From contig JAWBRA010000008.1 of assembly GCA_038844785.1 (NCBI GenBank), positions 1 through 64,000 of the forward strand: a stretch of DNA of 64,000 nucleotides, in the 5' to 3' direction. Made by a program: the position numbers and the translations under genes. The notes beneath the pieces were generated by a model. It saw only the letters and a list, made by a program, of their open reading frames with translations, ran no database searches and was not told where the DNA came from. This DNA comes from Candidatus Caldarchaeum sp. GTDB taxonomy: Archaea; Thermoproteota; Nitrososphaeria_A; Caldarchaeales; Caldarchaeaceae. Shown here piece by piece: positions 38,732 to 47,788 of the stretch (position 1 is its first letter; every line of letters begins with the position of its first letter).

Positions 38732-39155
38732 CCTGTTGACTCTGCCGACCTACGCTTATTTAATTTTGTCGCTAGAGGGCTGTGTCAGATAAGAGGGATG
38801 ACTATTCGCAAGGGAGTGAAATGAGCTGTGGTCATAGGTTCTGAAACCCATCTAACGCAGCGTCTCTTCGACAAAGAAAAAAACAGCGACAAGAATACGT
38901 AAACCCGTAGAACAAGACATGTGATAAGGAAAAATGGAGGGGAGAGTTTGGCGGAGGCACCTCCTCCCAGCAGCTCCATGGAAAATATATTCTAGGACCG
39001 CTAAGACCTTCCTCTCGGCTTTTTCGTTACGCTCGAAGCATCCCGAGACGACAGGCAAGTAAGCCTGAGAACCGGCCTTCAAATATAGTGCTTATCTGGA
39101 CAGCCTTAGGGTTGGGAAGATATAAATAACTAATTCTGATGTCGATGGTTAGGTT

Positions 39156-39467
39156 ATGGCTAGGGTTGTTGAGAAGGTTCCCGGATGGGTCGCTAGGTTC
39201 CTACTGCCTGAGATTAGGACGCTCATAAAGGAAGAGACAAAAGACCTTAAGATCTACATGGATGACAGGTTTAAGGCTTTTGACGAGAGGCTGAAAGCTT
39301 TTGACGAGAAGTTCAAGTCTTTTGACGAGAGGCTTACCTCCCTCCGCACGGAGATGAACGTCAGGTTCGATAGCTTGGAGAAGAGGCTTGACGTGTTGCA
39401 GAGGGTTGCAGTACTAGAAGCAGAGGTGAGAGAGCTCAGACAGAGACTAGAATCAAAGACAACGTAG
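39156..39467 (+). CDS. Small coiled-coil hypothetical protein with heptad repeats
   Basis: FKAFDERLKAFDEKFKSFDERL; TATA-like TATAAATA at ~39121. Confidence 0.7.
   Translation: MARVVEKVPGWVARFLLPEIRTLIKEETKDLKIYMDDRFKAFDERLKAFDEKFKSFDERLTSLRTEMNVRFDSLEKRLDVLQRVAVLEAEVRELRQRLESKTT
39268..39330 (+). repeat. Three imperfect 21-bp tandem units (core CTTTTGACGAGA)
   Basis: GGTTTAAGGCTTTTGACGAGA / GGCTGAAAGCTTTTGACGAGA / AGTTCAAGTCTTTTGACGAGA. Confidence 0.8.
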
Positions 39468-39589
39468 CGCTCCACACTCTCAAACAGCACACAACGCCCC
39501 TCTTCCCCATACTTGGTGGCCAGTCTCTTGAGACATCCTTTCAGGGGCCTTCTCCCTGAGGCTTAGATCGACGCCTAGTGGGAGAGGAC

Positions 39590-39955
39590 CTCCTTGTAGG
39601 CGAGGCAGGCTATCCGAAGTCGACACACCTCCCTGGGAAGCCCTTGACGTATACCCTCCCACCCACTCACCTCCAGGTCCGCCTCCGAGGCCCCAGCACA
39701 TGAGCTACTATCCTCAGCACCTTCTCCCTCACTATGCGGGCCGCACCTATGAGGGCTCCGACATCCACGTCGTGGAACTTGTTCGAGTAGATCCCAGAGT
39801 ACCCGACGAACGGTGAGATGCTGGAGTCGAAGCCGGGCATCACATATATCTGGTCAGGCGGGACGCCCAACACATCAGCCACCACCTGCCTAGCCGCGGT
39901 CTCGTGCCACGTCCCCATGTCCATCGATCCTAGGACCACGCGTACCCTGGATGTT
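39590..39955 (-). pseudogene. Internal fragment of a xanthine/CO dehydrogenase family molybdoprotein large subunit
   Basis: G..HETAARQVVADVLGVPPDQI.V..G.DS..SP...SG.YSN....GA..GAAR..REK..RI.AH.LG, then frameshift and stop. Confidence 0.7.
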
Positions 39956-39979
39956 TTCCTTCCAAAAACCGAGTATCAT

Positions 39980-40391
39980 ATGGCTAGGATAGTATGTGAG
40001 GAAACAGGCTCTATGAGGCTTAAACTACCTATGGAGGTCTTAAACATACCCGATAAAGGAGACTACATAGGTGTCGTTAGGGGGATATGACATTGAAGCA
40101 GGATGGGGGCTGAGGATACCAAACATGTATAAATCGCTGTTTTATTTAGAGGCTAACGGCTGGAGAGAGGTTAGAATAGCCTTATGGGTTGAAGACGGAA
40201 AACCATGCTTCAGCTATAAAGAATATGAGTCTCTGTTTATTCCTTCAGGCCTTCAGCCAAACTATGATAGGGGAGAATGGTATTGTAGAAAATGTTGTCA
40301 AACCTTCCCCAACAGAGATAAATGCCCAAACTGCAACACAGTATTAAGGAAAAAAGAGATACAAACCAACCATATAATATTATGGCTATAA
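39980..40391 (+). pseudogene. Frameshifted small gene with AbrB-like repeats and a C-terminal Zn ribbon
   Basis: ATG at 39980; removing one G from the run at ~40080-40084 joins MARIV...GVVR to GYDIEAG...WYCRKC...CPNC. Confidence 0.45.
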
Positions 40392-40482
40392 CTTGGTTGA
40401 CGGTTTTTGTAAGCGATGTGAACAGGTTGGATAGCCTTGACCTCTTATCAGAGAAATTTAAACGTAGGTTTAGCCCATCTGG

Positions 40483-40653
40483 TCAAGCCGCTTGGAAAGC
40501 TAAGGCCAAGAAACGTATGATGAAGGCTATCAAGCCTATGATTCCAAGACCTAATAAGGTTATCCGCAGCGTTACAGAATATTCTTTTCTAGAAGGTTTC
40601 CTAGCCATCTTGAACAGTGTCACCGTTGATTTGATGAAACTCAGTAGACCCAA
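40483..40653 (-). CDS. secE: Protein translocase subunit SecE (Sec61 gamma), absent from the ORF track
   Basis: Hand translation (M)GLLSFIKSTVTLFKMARKPSRKEYSVTLRITLLGLGIIGLIAFIIRFLALAFQAA*: ARKP..EY motif plus one TM; same strand as, and upstream of, spt5. Confidence 0.9.
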   Translation of the reverse strand: MGLLSFIKSTVTLFKMARKPSRKEYSVTLRITLLGLGIIGLIAFIIRFLALAFQAA

Positions 40654-40682
40654 CGCCGGCTTCTAGTGGTGCACGGTATATT

Positions 40683-41618
40683 TTATGCTTTCCGGCCGGC
40701 TAAGAGGTAAGCGAGTAGAGAGGCTTCGGTGTGCATTCTGTTTTCAGCCTGGTCGTAGATGACTGACTGAGGCCCATAAGCAACGTCCGGCGTTACTTCC
40801 TCATTCAGGTGCATGGGCATGCAGTGCATGAATCTCGCCGACGGCTTGGCTAGCGCCATCAACTCAGCGTTAACCTGAAACGTCGGGAGAAATGCGGAAA
40901 GCTTCTTCGCTCTCTCCTCTTCCTGACCCATGGAAACAAAAACATCAGTGTATACGAAGTCAGCGTTCTTCGCTGCTTCTTTAGGGTCTTCGGTCAAAAC
41001 GACTTCGCCGCCTCTTCTCTCAGCCACGCTCAACGCCTTTTTAACCTCGGCCTCTGGTGGTTTGTAAGCGTTCGGAGTTGCTACAGTGATTCTAAATCCA
41101 AGCAACGCACAAGCTTGCATGAGTGAAACGCAGACGTTGTTTCCATCACCTACATACGCTATCCTAGCTTTGTAGGGGTCTTTAGAGAACTCGAAAACAG
41201 TCATCACATCAGCAAGAGCCTGACATGGATGATGGCTGTCGCTGAGAGCGTTTATCACAGAAGCTCTTCCGTTGTTGCTCAACGTTATGAGATCGTTGTG
41301 GCTAAAAACACGTGCTACAATCGCGTCAACATATCTCCCCAGAACCTTACCTGTGTCATCCACGGATTCGCCTCTCCCAAGCTGTAGCTCACTCCAACCC
41401 AAGTAGAATGAGTTGCCGCCGAGCTTCGATACGGCAGCTTGGAAAGAAACCCTTGTACGTGTAGACGGTTTCTGGAAAACCAAAGCAACATGCTTTCCCG
41501 CTAGAGGCTTGGACCGTGGATAACCATTTTTCTTCCATCTCAAAGCTTTTTTCACCACTGATAGGAACTCGTCTGCTGTGAGATCCATCACCTCAAGGTA
41601 GTGACGAACTTTTCGCAT
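40683..41618 (-). CDS. argF: Ornithine carbamoyltransferase
   Basis: KPSTRTR, HPCQALAD, GDGNNV, YTDVFVSMG, MHCMP, QAENR. Confidence 0.95.
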   Translation of the reverse strand: MRKVRHYLEVMDLTADEFLSVVKKALRWKKNGYPRSKPLAGKHVALVFQKPSTRTRVSFQAAVSKLGGNSFYLGWSELQLGRGESVDDTGKVLGRYVDAIVARVFSHNDLITLSNNGRASVINALSDSHHPCQALADVMTVFEFSKDPYKARIAYVGDGNNVCVSLMQACALLGFRITVATPNAYKPPEAEVKKALSVAERRGGEVVLTEDPKEAAKNADFVYTDVFVSMGQEEERAKKLSAFLPTFQVNAELMALAKPSARFMHCMPMHLNEEVTPDVAYGPQSVIYDQAENRMHTEASLLAYLLAGRKA

Positions 41619-41689
41619 GAAAAGTTGCTAACCCCCGGGTTATTTTACGTTTTTCATCCGATAAGCCAATATGCAGGCTTACAACACCT

Positions 41690-43306
41690 ATGACGGTTTT
41701 AGCCATGGTTGAAGAGTACAAGCTTTTCAAGTCGCTAGCCTCTCCAAGCAGAATTGCTATGCTCAAAAGCCTTGAGCAGCATCCGCTCAGCTACACAGAG
41801 CTTATGAAGGCTGTCGGCATGGCTAAAAAAACCGCGTCAGGCAAGTTTGCACACCACATTCGAGTTCTACTATCTTCAGGCTTGGTCAGGCTGAACACGA
41901 AAACAAAAGCCTACGAGCTAACCCCCAAAGGTGTTCAGCTGATGAAGTCGCTGGAAAACCTGCGTTCAGCCATGCTGGAACCCGACAGGCTTAAGGTGAG
42001 AAAATCCGGTCTTTTCATCGAAAAGTTTGACAGAAACAAAATCGCACAGGTTTTGGTCGATGAGGCCGGCGTACCCCCCAAAACCGCGGACAAGCTAGCC
42101 AAGCTGGCTGAGGAAAAGCTAGAAGGACTAAAGATAGAATATCTGACAGCTCCCTTGATTAGAGAGCTTGTTAACGCTCTTTTGATAGACCAGGGGTTTG
42201 AAGAGTATCGTCATAGGTTGACGAGGCTTGGAATGCCGGTGCGTGACGTTGAAAAACTTTTGGCTAAGGCGGCGAGAAATAGGGAGTTTCAATTTCTTGT
42301 AAAAAGCTCGTCCAACGCAGTCTTCAGAGAGTATGTTCTCCAGACGGCGTTGCCTCGTGATGATGTAGACGCGTATCTTTCTGGAGACATAGACTTAGAG
42401 GGGGTGGATACATGGGCGTTCAGCATTTCCTCAAAAATTATAGACGCCGAATCCGAACAGTTGTTTAACACATTATCCGAGGTTGACGCAATAGAGAGCG
42501 AGATCGTCATCAAAGAACCCGGTTACTTGGACAGGCAAACGCTTCACTTCTTAGAGAAATATCTTGCGGCAAAGCACGTCAAATTGACGTTCTACAGTGA
42601 TAGCTTCGACGATGAACTAGCCCAATCTATTTTGGACGGCGGTTTTCAGCTGATAGTTCCTCTCGAAAAGCTCGGCTCCAAAACTCAACTCCCTTTAGAT
42701 GTGATCCTGCCGCAGAGACCCGCCACCTCCGAGGGACATCCTTTCTCAGCTTCCGGCTTGATCGAGGGAAAAGCATCACTCAACCTTGTCGGACTTTATT
42801 TGAAGTCAGGAGGTGTTGAGAAAATGTTTTGGGACAACGTTATGTCAGCTATAGACGCTGTGTCCAACGCTTTTGAAAGAAAGAAAAACATGGTTTCCCG
42901 GTTTTGGGAAGATATGCAAGGCTACTTCATCTTATCATTTGTCGGGATATCTCAGTTGGTGGAACGGGCTGGTTTCAGCCAAGCTGAGCTTGTGGAGAAG
43001 CTGTCGAGAGAATGCAGACGGGTTGCATCCGATGAGGTGATGCTTTTACCAAGCGGCCAGTCGGCTGCAAAGACAGCTGAGAGGCTTCAGCGGCTGGACA
43101 TCATAAGGTATGGAGTTAAAACAGTAGAACAGTTGGCTGGGTCGGGATTTTATTCCTGGAGTCTTACCTTCAAGGATGTGGATGAGGTTTTTGAGGTTGT
43201 CAAACATCTGCCAGGCGGTTTAAAGATATCTCTCCCCGCCAAACAGGCAGCTAGACTACTTGACTTAAAGCCTCTGGCTCTACTTTCTTCTAGACCTAAG
43301 GGTTAA
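41690..43306 (+). CDS. wHTH + ATP-cone + degenerate class III RNR (NrdD)-like fusion protein
   Basis: FKSLASPSR..ML..L and Y.LT.KG (wHTH); VRKS...IEKFDRNKI...L..EA...LTAPLIRE.VN..L (ATP cone); RLGMPV.DV, AYLSGDI (NrdD N-terminal-like); no C-terminal RxxGY glycyl motif. Confidence 0.72.
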   Translation: MTVLAMVEEYKLFKSLASPSRIAMLKSLEQHPLSYTELMKAVGMAKKTASGKFAHHIRVLLSSGLVRLNTKTKAYELTPKGVQLMKSLENLRSAMLEPDRLKVRKSGLFIEKFDRNKIAQVLVDEAGVPPKTADKLAKLAEEKLEGLKIEYLTAPLIRELVNALLIDQGFEEYRHRLTRLGMPVRDVEKLLAKAARNREFQFLVKSSSNAVFREYVLQTALPRDDVDAYLSGDIDLEGVDTWAFSISSKIIDAESEQLFNTLSEVDAIESEIVIKEPGYLDRQTLHFLEKYLAAKHVKLTFYSDSFDDELAQSILDGGFQLIVPLEKLGSKTQLPLDVILPQRPATSEGHPFSASGLIEGKASLNLVGLYLKSGGVEKMFWDNVMSAIDAVSNAFERKKNMVSRFWEDMQGYFILSFVGISQLVERAGFSQAELVEKLSRECRRVASDEVMLLPSGQSAAKTAERLQRLDIIRYGVKTVEQLAGSGFYSWSLTFKDVDEVFEVVKHLPGGLKISLPAKQAARLLDLKPLALLSSRPKG

Positions 43307-43648
43307 GATAGCTTTGGCCAAATCTCCCTCTGCTTCAGCCAATGCTGCTCTAGCATCTTCTTCGGAGGCTCCTGTCTGCGACACGACTAGCGTCACATCT
43401 TCTTCAGTAGGTGTGTAAACCTGTTTCGCCTCGGCCTTAGCTTCTTGCATTTCTCCTCCAACAACCTGTATAACATGCTCTGCTCCTGTCTTCATAGAAT
43501 ACACCAACGGGTTTCTGATGGTTATCTGCCTGCTCGCCAGTTTTATCACAACCTCTTCCGCTGTTCCCAGCTCCTCGACGTCAAGTCCTAGGTTTTTGAG
43601 AAGCCGTTCCTGCGCCCTCCTCAACTCCCTCGGACTTAATCTCTTCAA
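43280..43648 (-). CDS. nac: Nascent polypeptide-associated complex protein
   Basis: PRELRR..LG..VEEL..AEEV.I, EEDV.LV.SQTG.SEE.AR.AL.E..GDLAKAIL. Confidence 0.92.
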   Translation of the reverse strand: MKRLSPRELRRAQERLLKNLGLDVEELGTAEEVVIKLASRQITIRNPLVYSMKTGAEHVIQVVGGEMQEAKAEAKQVYTPTEEDVTLVVSQTGASEEDARAALAEAEGDLAKAILTLRSRRK

Positions 43649-43675
43649 CCCATCGTCCCTCTATGATAAAGAGGT

Positions 43676-44140
43676 TTAAATTTTATGCCTTATCTTTACA
43701 GCGGTTCCACGTCTGAGCTCCTTCATCTCCACTCCGGAGAGAACAGCTTTCCCCACGGCCAAAAGAGCTCCACCAGCATTGACGACTAGAACATCCTGTC
43801 CTGGAATTATCGACTCATCTACCGCTATGATGTTTGCAGGCGATACGTCGAACCCGTTTTTCAACCGTGTCTCTCCCCCTTCGTCGACTACCACTCGGTG
43901 TTTCAGGCCTTTGGCTAGTTTTGCAAGCCTTAACCCACCTTCCAAAGTTAGGGAAATCATCCCGTCTGAAGGCCTGACTGTCGCTAGGACAACGCCATCT
44001 AACCATATCCGCCTAATTTTACCTGTTGAAGGTGATACTTCAACGACACAACTGTCTGGAAAAAAATCTTCGCCGTCAACGTCGAAAAGGAATGAGGCAA
44101 GCTGCCTAGCATGCTTGAGCAGCATTTTACTGGACGACAT
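43676..44140 (-). CDS. PUA domain protein (resembles the C-terminal part of archaeosine tRNA-guanine transglycosylase)
   Basis: TGKIR.I...G..LAT.R..DG...L, I.PG.DVLVVN....LLAVGKA.LSG.EM....RG.AVKIRH. Confidence 0.82.
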   Translation of the reverse strand: MSSSKMLLKHARQLASFLFDVDGEDFFPDSCVVEVSPSTGKIRRIWLDGVVLATVRPSDGMISLTLEGGLRLAKLAKGLKHRVVVDEGGETRLKNGFDVSPANIIAVDESIIPGQDVLVVNAGGALLAVGKAVLSGVEMKELRRGTAVKIRHKI

Positions 44141-45368
44141 GAAACTCAGACGCCATGTTCTTTATCTTCTCAGCGAACTGCACAGGAGCCTCGCAGTCAA
44201 CCTCCACCGTGCCGCTGTTGAACTCGATCTTTAAAACGTTGCAGATATTTTTTATCTCTGTTAACAGCTTTAGCGTAGAGTCTTGGTTTGCTAACAAAGC
44301 CTTCAGATGCACGTACCCACCCATGAGCCTAGCAGCTTTTTCATGAAGCGCCTGCAAGTTAAAACCGGTCGCCGCTGACACAGCCACATAATCTAAGTCG
44401 GGATTGATACGGTCTATTTTATGCCTGTAATCGGGGCATAAATCGACCTTGTTAAACACGATGAGTATGGGAACGTTCTTGACGCCGACCTCGTCCAAAA
44501 CAGTGAGACATGTGTTAAGCTTGTCCTCAACCATGTCCACAGTCTCGCTGACATCGACTACAAGCAGAAGAAGGTCAGCGTATATGAACTCGCTCAAAGT
44601 TGAGTGAAACGACTCAACCAAGAGGTGGGGGAGATTGCGTATAAACCCGACTGTGTCGGAGAGATATGCTTTTTTGCCGTTGAATTTAACGATCCGCGTG
44701 GTAGTTGAAAGGGTGGTGAAAAGCTGCGGCCCGGTGGGAGAGTCTTCGCCGGCCAGGGCGTTGAAGAGCGTTGTCTTACCGGCGTTTGTGTATCCTGAAA
44801 GAACAACCGACGGCAGCCCGGCTTCAAGCCTTTTCCCCCGCACCACAGTCTTCCGCACCCTTATCGCCTTCAACTTCTCCTTAATCACCGCAATACGTTT
44901 GAAGATCTCGTTATAGTAAACATCGGCCTCATACGCTCCCAGTCCATGAAAACCTGGCTGTTCACCTTTCTTAGCAAGCCTAACCTTCTCCTTAGCTCTG
45001 GACAGCTCGTACCGCAGCTGAGCAAGCTTTATCTGAAGCTTAGCCTCGGTCGAAGCTGCCCTAATCGCAAACGTTTCGAGAATCAGTTGAGTCCGAGAAA
45101 TAACAGGTATAGACAGTGCTTTGGCCAGGTTGTATTCCTGCACAGGTTTTAACTCGTTTTCAAATACGACCCTCTCAACCCGAAGATTTTTTACAGCCTT
45201 CCTAAGCTCCTCAACTTTTCCGGGACCGATCTGATATTTGGGATGCGGGGCTCTTCTCTGAACCATAGCATAAACCGGCTCATATCCAACGCCCTTACAA
45301 AGCTCCTTCAGCTCGTCCAAGTTATATTCAGACCAGTCATCAACCCTTTGTACTACCGCAACCCTCAA
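44127..45368 (-). CDS. hflX: GTPase HflX
   Basis: IG.GKVEEL, ILE.FA.RA...EAKLQ, GYTNAGKTTLFN, LFTTL, DTVGFI, NKVD, SA. Confidence 0.95.
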   Translation of the reverse strand: MRVAVVQRVDDWSEYNLDELKELCKGVGYEPVYAMVQRRAPHPKYQIGPGKVEELRKAVKNLRVERVVFENELKPVQEYNLAKALSIPVISRTQLILETFAIRAASTEAKLQIKLAQLRYELSRAKEKVRLAKKGEQPGFHGLGAYEADVYYNEIFKRIAVIKEKLKAIRVRKTVVRGKRLEAGLPSVVLSGYTNAGKTTLFNALAGEDSPTGPQLFTTLSTTTRIVKFNGKKAYLSDTVGFIRNLPHLLVESFHSTLSEFIYADLLLLVVDVSETVDMVEDKLNTCLTVLDEVGVKNVPILIVFNKVDLCPDYRHKIDRINPDLDYVAVSAATGFNLQALHEKAARLMGGYVHLKALLANQDSTLKLLTEIKNICNVLKIEFNSGTVEVDCEAPVQFAEKIKNMASEFHVVQ

Positions 45369-45781
45369 CCCAACGCCTTCAATAAACGCTATACGACGCA
45401 GCTTATTTACATATCTGCCCTAGCACCCCCAGAATAGTTCGTGGCCGATAGCAAACCATGCCGGCCATGCAACTGGTTTTTACCACAAACTCAAAAAATA
45501 TCGACGACCCATCAACAACGTAACGGAAAAGGGTTCTTAACATTCTTACAATACAGCACAGCATGTAAGGCGGACAGGTCTTATAAAAACGGACAAAACC
45601 ATAATTTCTTTTTCAGCATGTAACATCCAAAAGTGTATGGTCTTCTTTCATGTAATGTTCAATGAGACATAGCCGTAGATCCATTTTCCAAGCATATGCT
45701 TCACCGGGTCTAATTTTGGTCTTCTGTTTTTGAGTTTGGAGATGTAAAAATGGTTTTTGGGTTTTTAATTGTTTGGATGTC

Positions 45782-46264
45782 TTACAGTTTTGCTAGAAAA
45801 TCTTCCCAGGTTTGTTCATCTTCTACCTCGTCCTCCAACAGCTCCTCGAAGACCTCGTGTGTCACTACGTCCGTGGTTCTGTATTTTTCAACCATTTGGC
45901 TGTAGAATTTTATGGCGCAAGCCTCTGCCTTTAAGATGTCTTTAGCAAGCTTTGCATAGTCTGTGGGGTCTTCAGGCGGAGGTATGTAGCCGCATCCGCT
46001 TGTGGTTAACAGTTTGCCGAAGTCGAGTACGGGTTTTCCTCCAAGCTGGATTATCCGTTGAGCCAGCTTTTCGGCATGCTTCAGCTCGTGCTGCGACATT
46101 TCTAGAAGAACTGGCTTGAAAGTGTCCGCGTCCACGCCTTTTAGCCACATTGCCGCTACCCAGTACTGGTAGTGGGCCAGCCATTCGTCCGCATATGCTT
46201 TCAGAAGGTCTGAAATCACTTCGTCGACGTTCGCTTTCACTATTTCTTTACCTGTTTTCCCCAT
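45782..46264 (-). CDS. Ferritin-like/Dps-like (DPSL/bacterioferritin-type) protein
   Basis: AYADEWLAHYQY, ELKHA..LA.RIIQLGG.P, AEACAI..Y, D.VT......L.DE.E. Confidence 0.88.
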   Translation of the reverse strand: MGKTGKEIVKANVDEVISDLLKAYADEWLAHYQYWVAAMWLKGVDADTFKPVLLEMSQHELKHAEKLAQRIIQLGGKPVLDFGKLLTTSGCGYIPPPEDPTDYAKLAKDILKAEACAIKFYSQMVEKYRTTDVVTHEVFEELLEDEVEDEQTWEDFLAKL

Positions 46265-46303
46265 GTATTTATGTGACGCAAGCGGCGCATTTATACGTTG
46301 CTT

Positions 46304-47755
46304 TCAAACAGTGATGATGAGCTTCCCCGGGTTCATGATGTTGTTCGGGTCTAAGGCTAATTTTATTCTTTTTAAAACCTCTAGCCCAGCCGGCCCCAGC
46401 TCGTCGTTCATGTGTTTTGCAAGTTTAATCCCTACTCCGTGACAGTACTCCATCGAGCCTCCAATACTGTGAGCCAGCTTAACCATCTCATCGAAGGCGG
46501 CTGAAAAATCCGATAGGTCGTCCTCAGTATCCCGGCCTGTTTGCTTCAAAAACGCTATGGAAAAGTTTTCAGGCTGTTTCCAAATTCCTCTATCAACAAC
46601 CCAAATCCGATGTTTCTTAAGCGTTTGAGCAGAAAGACGCTTGTATTCTAAGACCTTTGTCGCAGGCAAGCTGACATGTATGAAGTCGAATAAGATGTTT
46701 TGCCAAAAGTTGTTGCGTTCGGCGTTCTCTACGTACAGGTCTGCTATGTCATGTCTATGCTCCCAAAACTCTTCAGCCCTCGAATCTTCCATCTTACTGC
46801 CGCCAAAGCTTCGGCACACATCGTCAGCAAGCTTGGTTTTTGCGTCAACAATTTCCTTTAACCCCTCGAACATCATGAACAGCTCGCTGTCGTAATCCTT
46901 TACCGGGTCAGAGGGGCCCTCAATCACCTCTCCATACTCAAGCACAGAAGGGATAAGGTTTAAAGCATACAGCTTTAGCAAGGCTTTGAAGCCTTTCTCA
47001 AACCCTTCAAACCTGTATCCTACTATTGTTCTTTTTTCCGGCAGCGGATAGACCCTAAGGGATGCTTTAGTTATTATTCCAAGCGTTCCTTCGCTTCCTA
47101 TGAAAAGTTGCGTCAAGCTCGGCCCCGTTGAACTGTCCTCCACATCCTTCGTTCTGAGAACCTCGCCCGTAGGCAGCACAACTTCCAGCCCCAAAACTTG
47201 ACGACGTATGGAGCCGTAGCCCGCCGCTGTGTATCCCATGCCGTTGGTAGCTATACATCCTCCTACCGTTGCGTATTTTCTAGTCCAAGGGTCGTGTCCA
47301 ACCATCAAACCCTCAGCAGCAATAGACTTGTCAAGCCCATCTATCGTTATGCCTGCTTCACAGCTTACAAGCCTCTCCTCCCTGCTGACGTATAACAGCT
47401 TTTTCATTGATTTCATGTCAACTACGATACAGTCGCTGACAGGCATAGCGCCGCCCATCAATCCTGTCAGCCCTCCAACAGGTACGACTGGGACCCTGAA
47501 CTTGTTCGCTGTTTTGACGACGTGAACAACTTCGGAAGTATCTTTAGGGAACACAACCGCCAACCTCTTGACGTGGAAGGTTTTCCTAAACCCGCGGAAC
47601 TCTCTCAGGGCGTCACGACGATATTTCTGCAGGACATCATCTCCTGAAAGTACTCTAGTCTTAACCGACAGTTCTTCGACAGCCTTATCGAACAGCGACA
47701 CGTGCAAACGTATCTTTTCTCTAGGTAAAATGTTTACGGAGATAAAAGCTGACAA
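46304..47755 (-). CDS. FAD-binding oxidoreductase (GlcD/D-lactate dehydrogenase family)
   Basis: GG.TGL.GGA.P, ATVGG.IATN, LFIGSEGTLGIIT, HGVG, K.ALDPNNIMNPGK. Confidence 0.88.
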   Translation of the reverse strand: MSAFISVNILPREKIRLHVSLFDKAVEELSVKTRVLSGDDVLQKYRRDALREFRGFRKTFHVKRLAVVFPKDTSEVVHVVKTANKFRVPVVPVGGLTGLMGGAMPVSDCIVVDMKSMKKLLYVSREERLVSCEAGITIDGLDKSIAAEGLMVGHDPWTRKYATVGGCIATNGMGYTAAGYGSIRRQVLGLEVVLPTGEVLRTKDVEDSSTGPSLTQLFIGSEGTLGIITKASLRVYPLPEKRTIVGYRFEGFEKGFKALLKLYALNLIPSVLEYGEVIEGPSDPVKDYDSELFMMFEGLKEIVDAKTKLADDVCRSFGGSKMEDSRAEEFWEHRHDIADLYVENAERNNFWQNILFDFIHVSLPATKVLEYKRLSAQTLKKHRIWVVDRGIWKQPENFSIAFLKQTGRDTEDDLSDFSAAFDEMVKLAHSIGGSMEYCHGVGIKLAKHMNDELGPAGLEVLKRIKLALDPNNIMNPGKLIITV

Positions 47756-47788
47756 TAGTTTTATAGAGGGGTTATGAGGGCGTAATCG

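Noticed and set aside
39268-39330. Direct repeats as a possible mini-CRISPR
   Set aside because: Units are contiguous 21-mers in coding frame with no spacers
40322-40666. 114-aa plus-strand ORF
   Set aside because: Mostly antisense to secE, which has the recognisable motif
45370-45780. 400-bp AT-rich gap with a 60-aa ORF between hflX and the ferritin-like gene
   Set aside because: No convincing coding signal, repeat or RNA motif; T-rich tracts fit a terminator region
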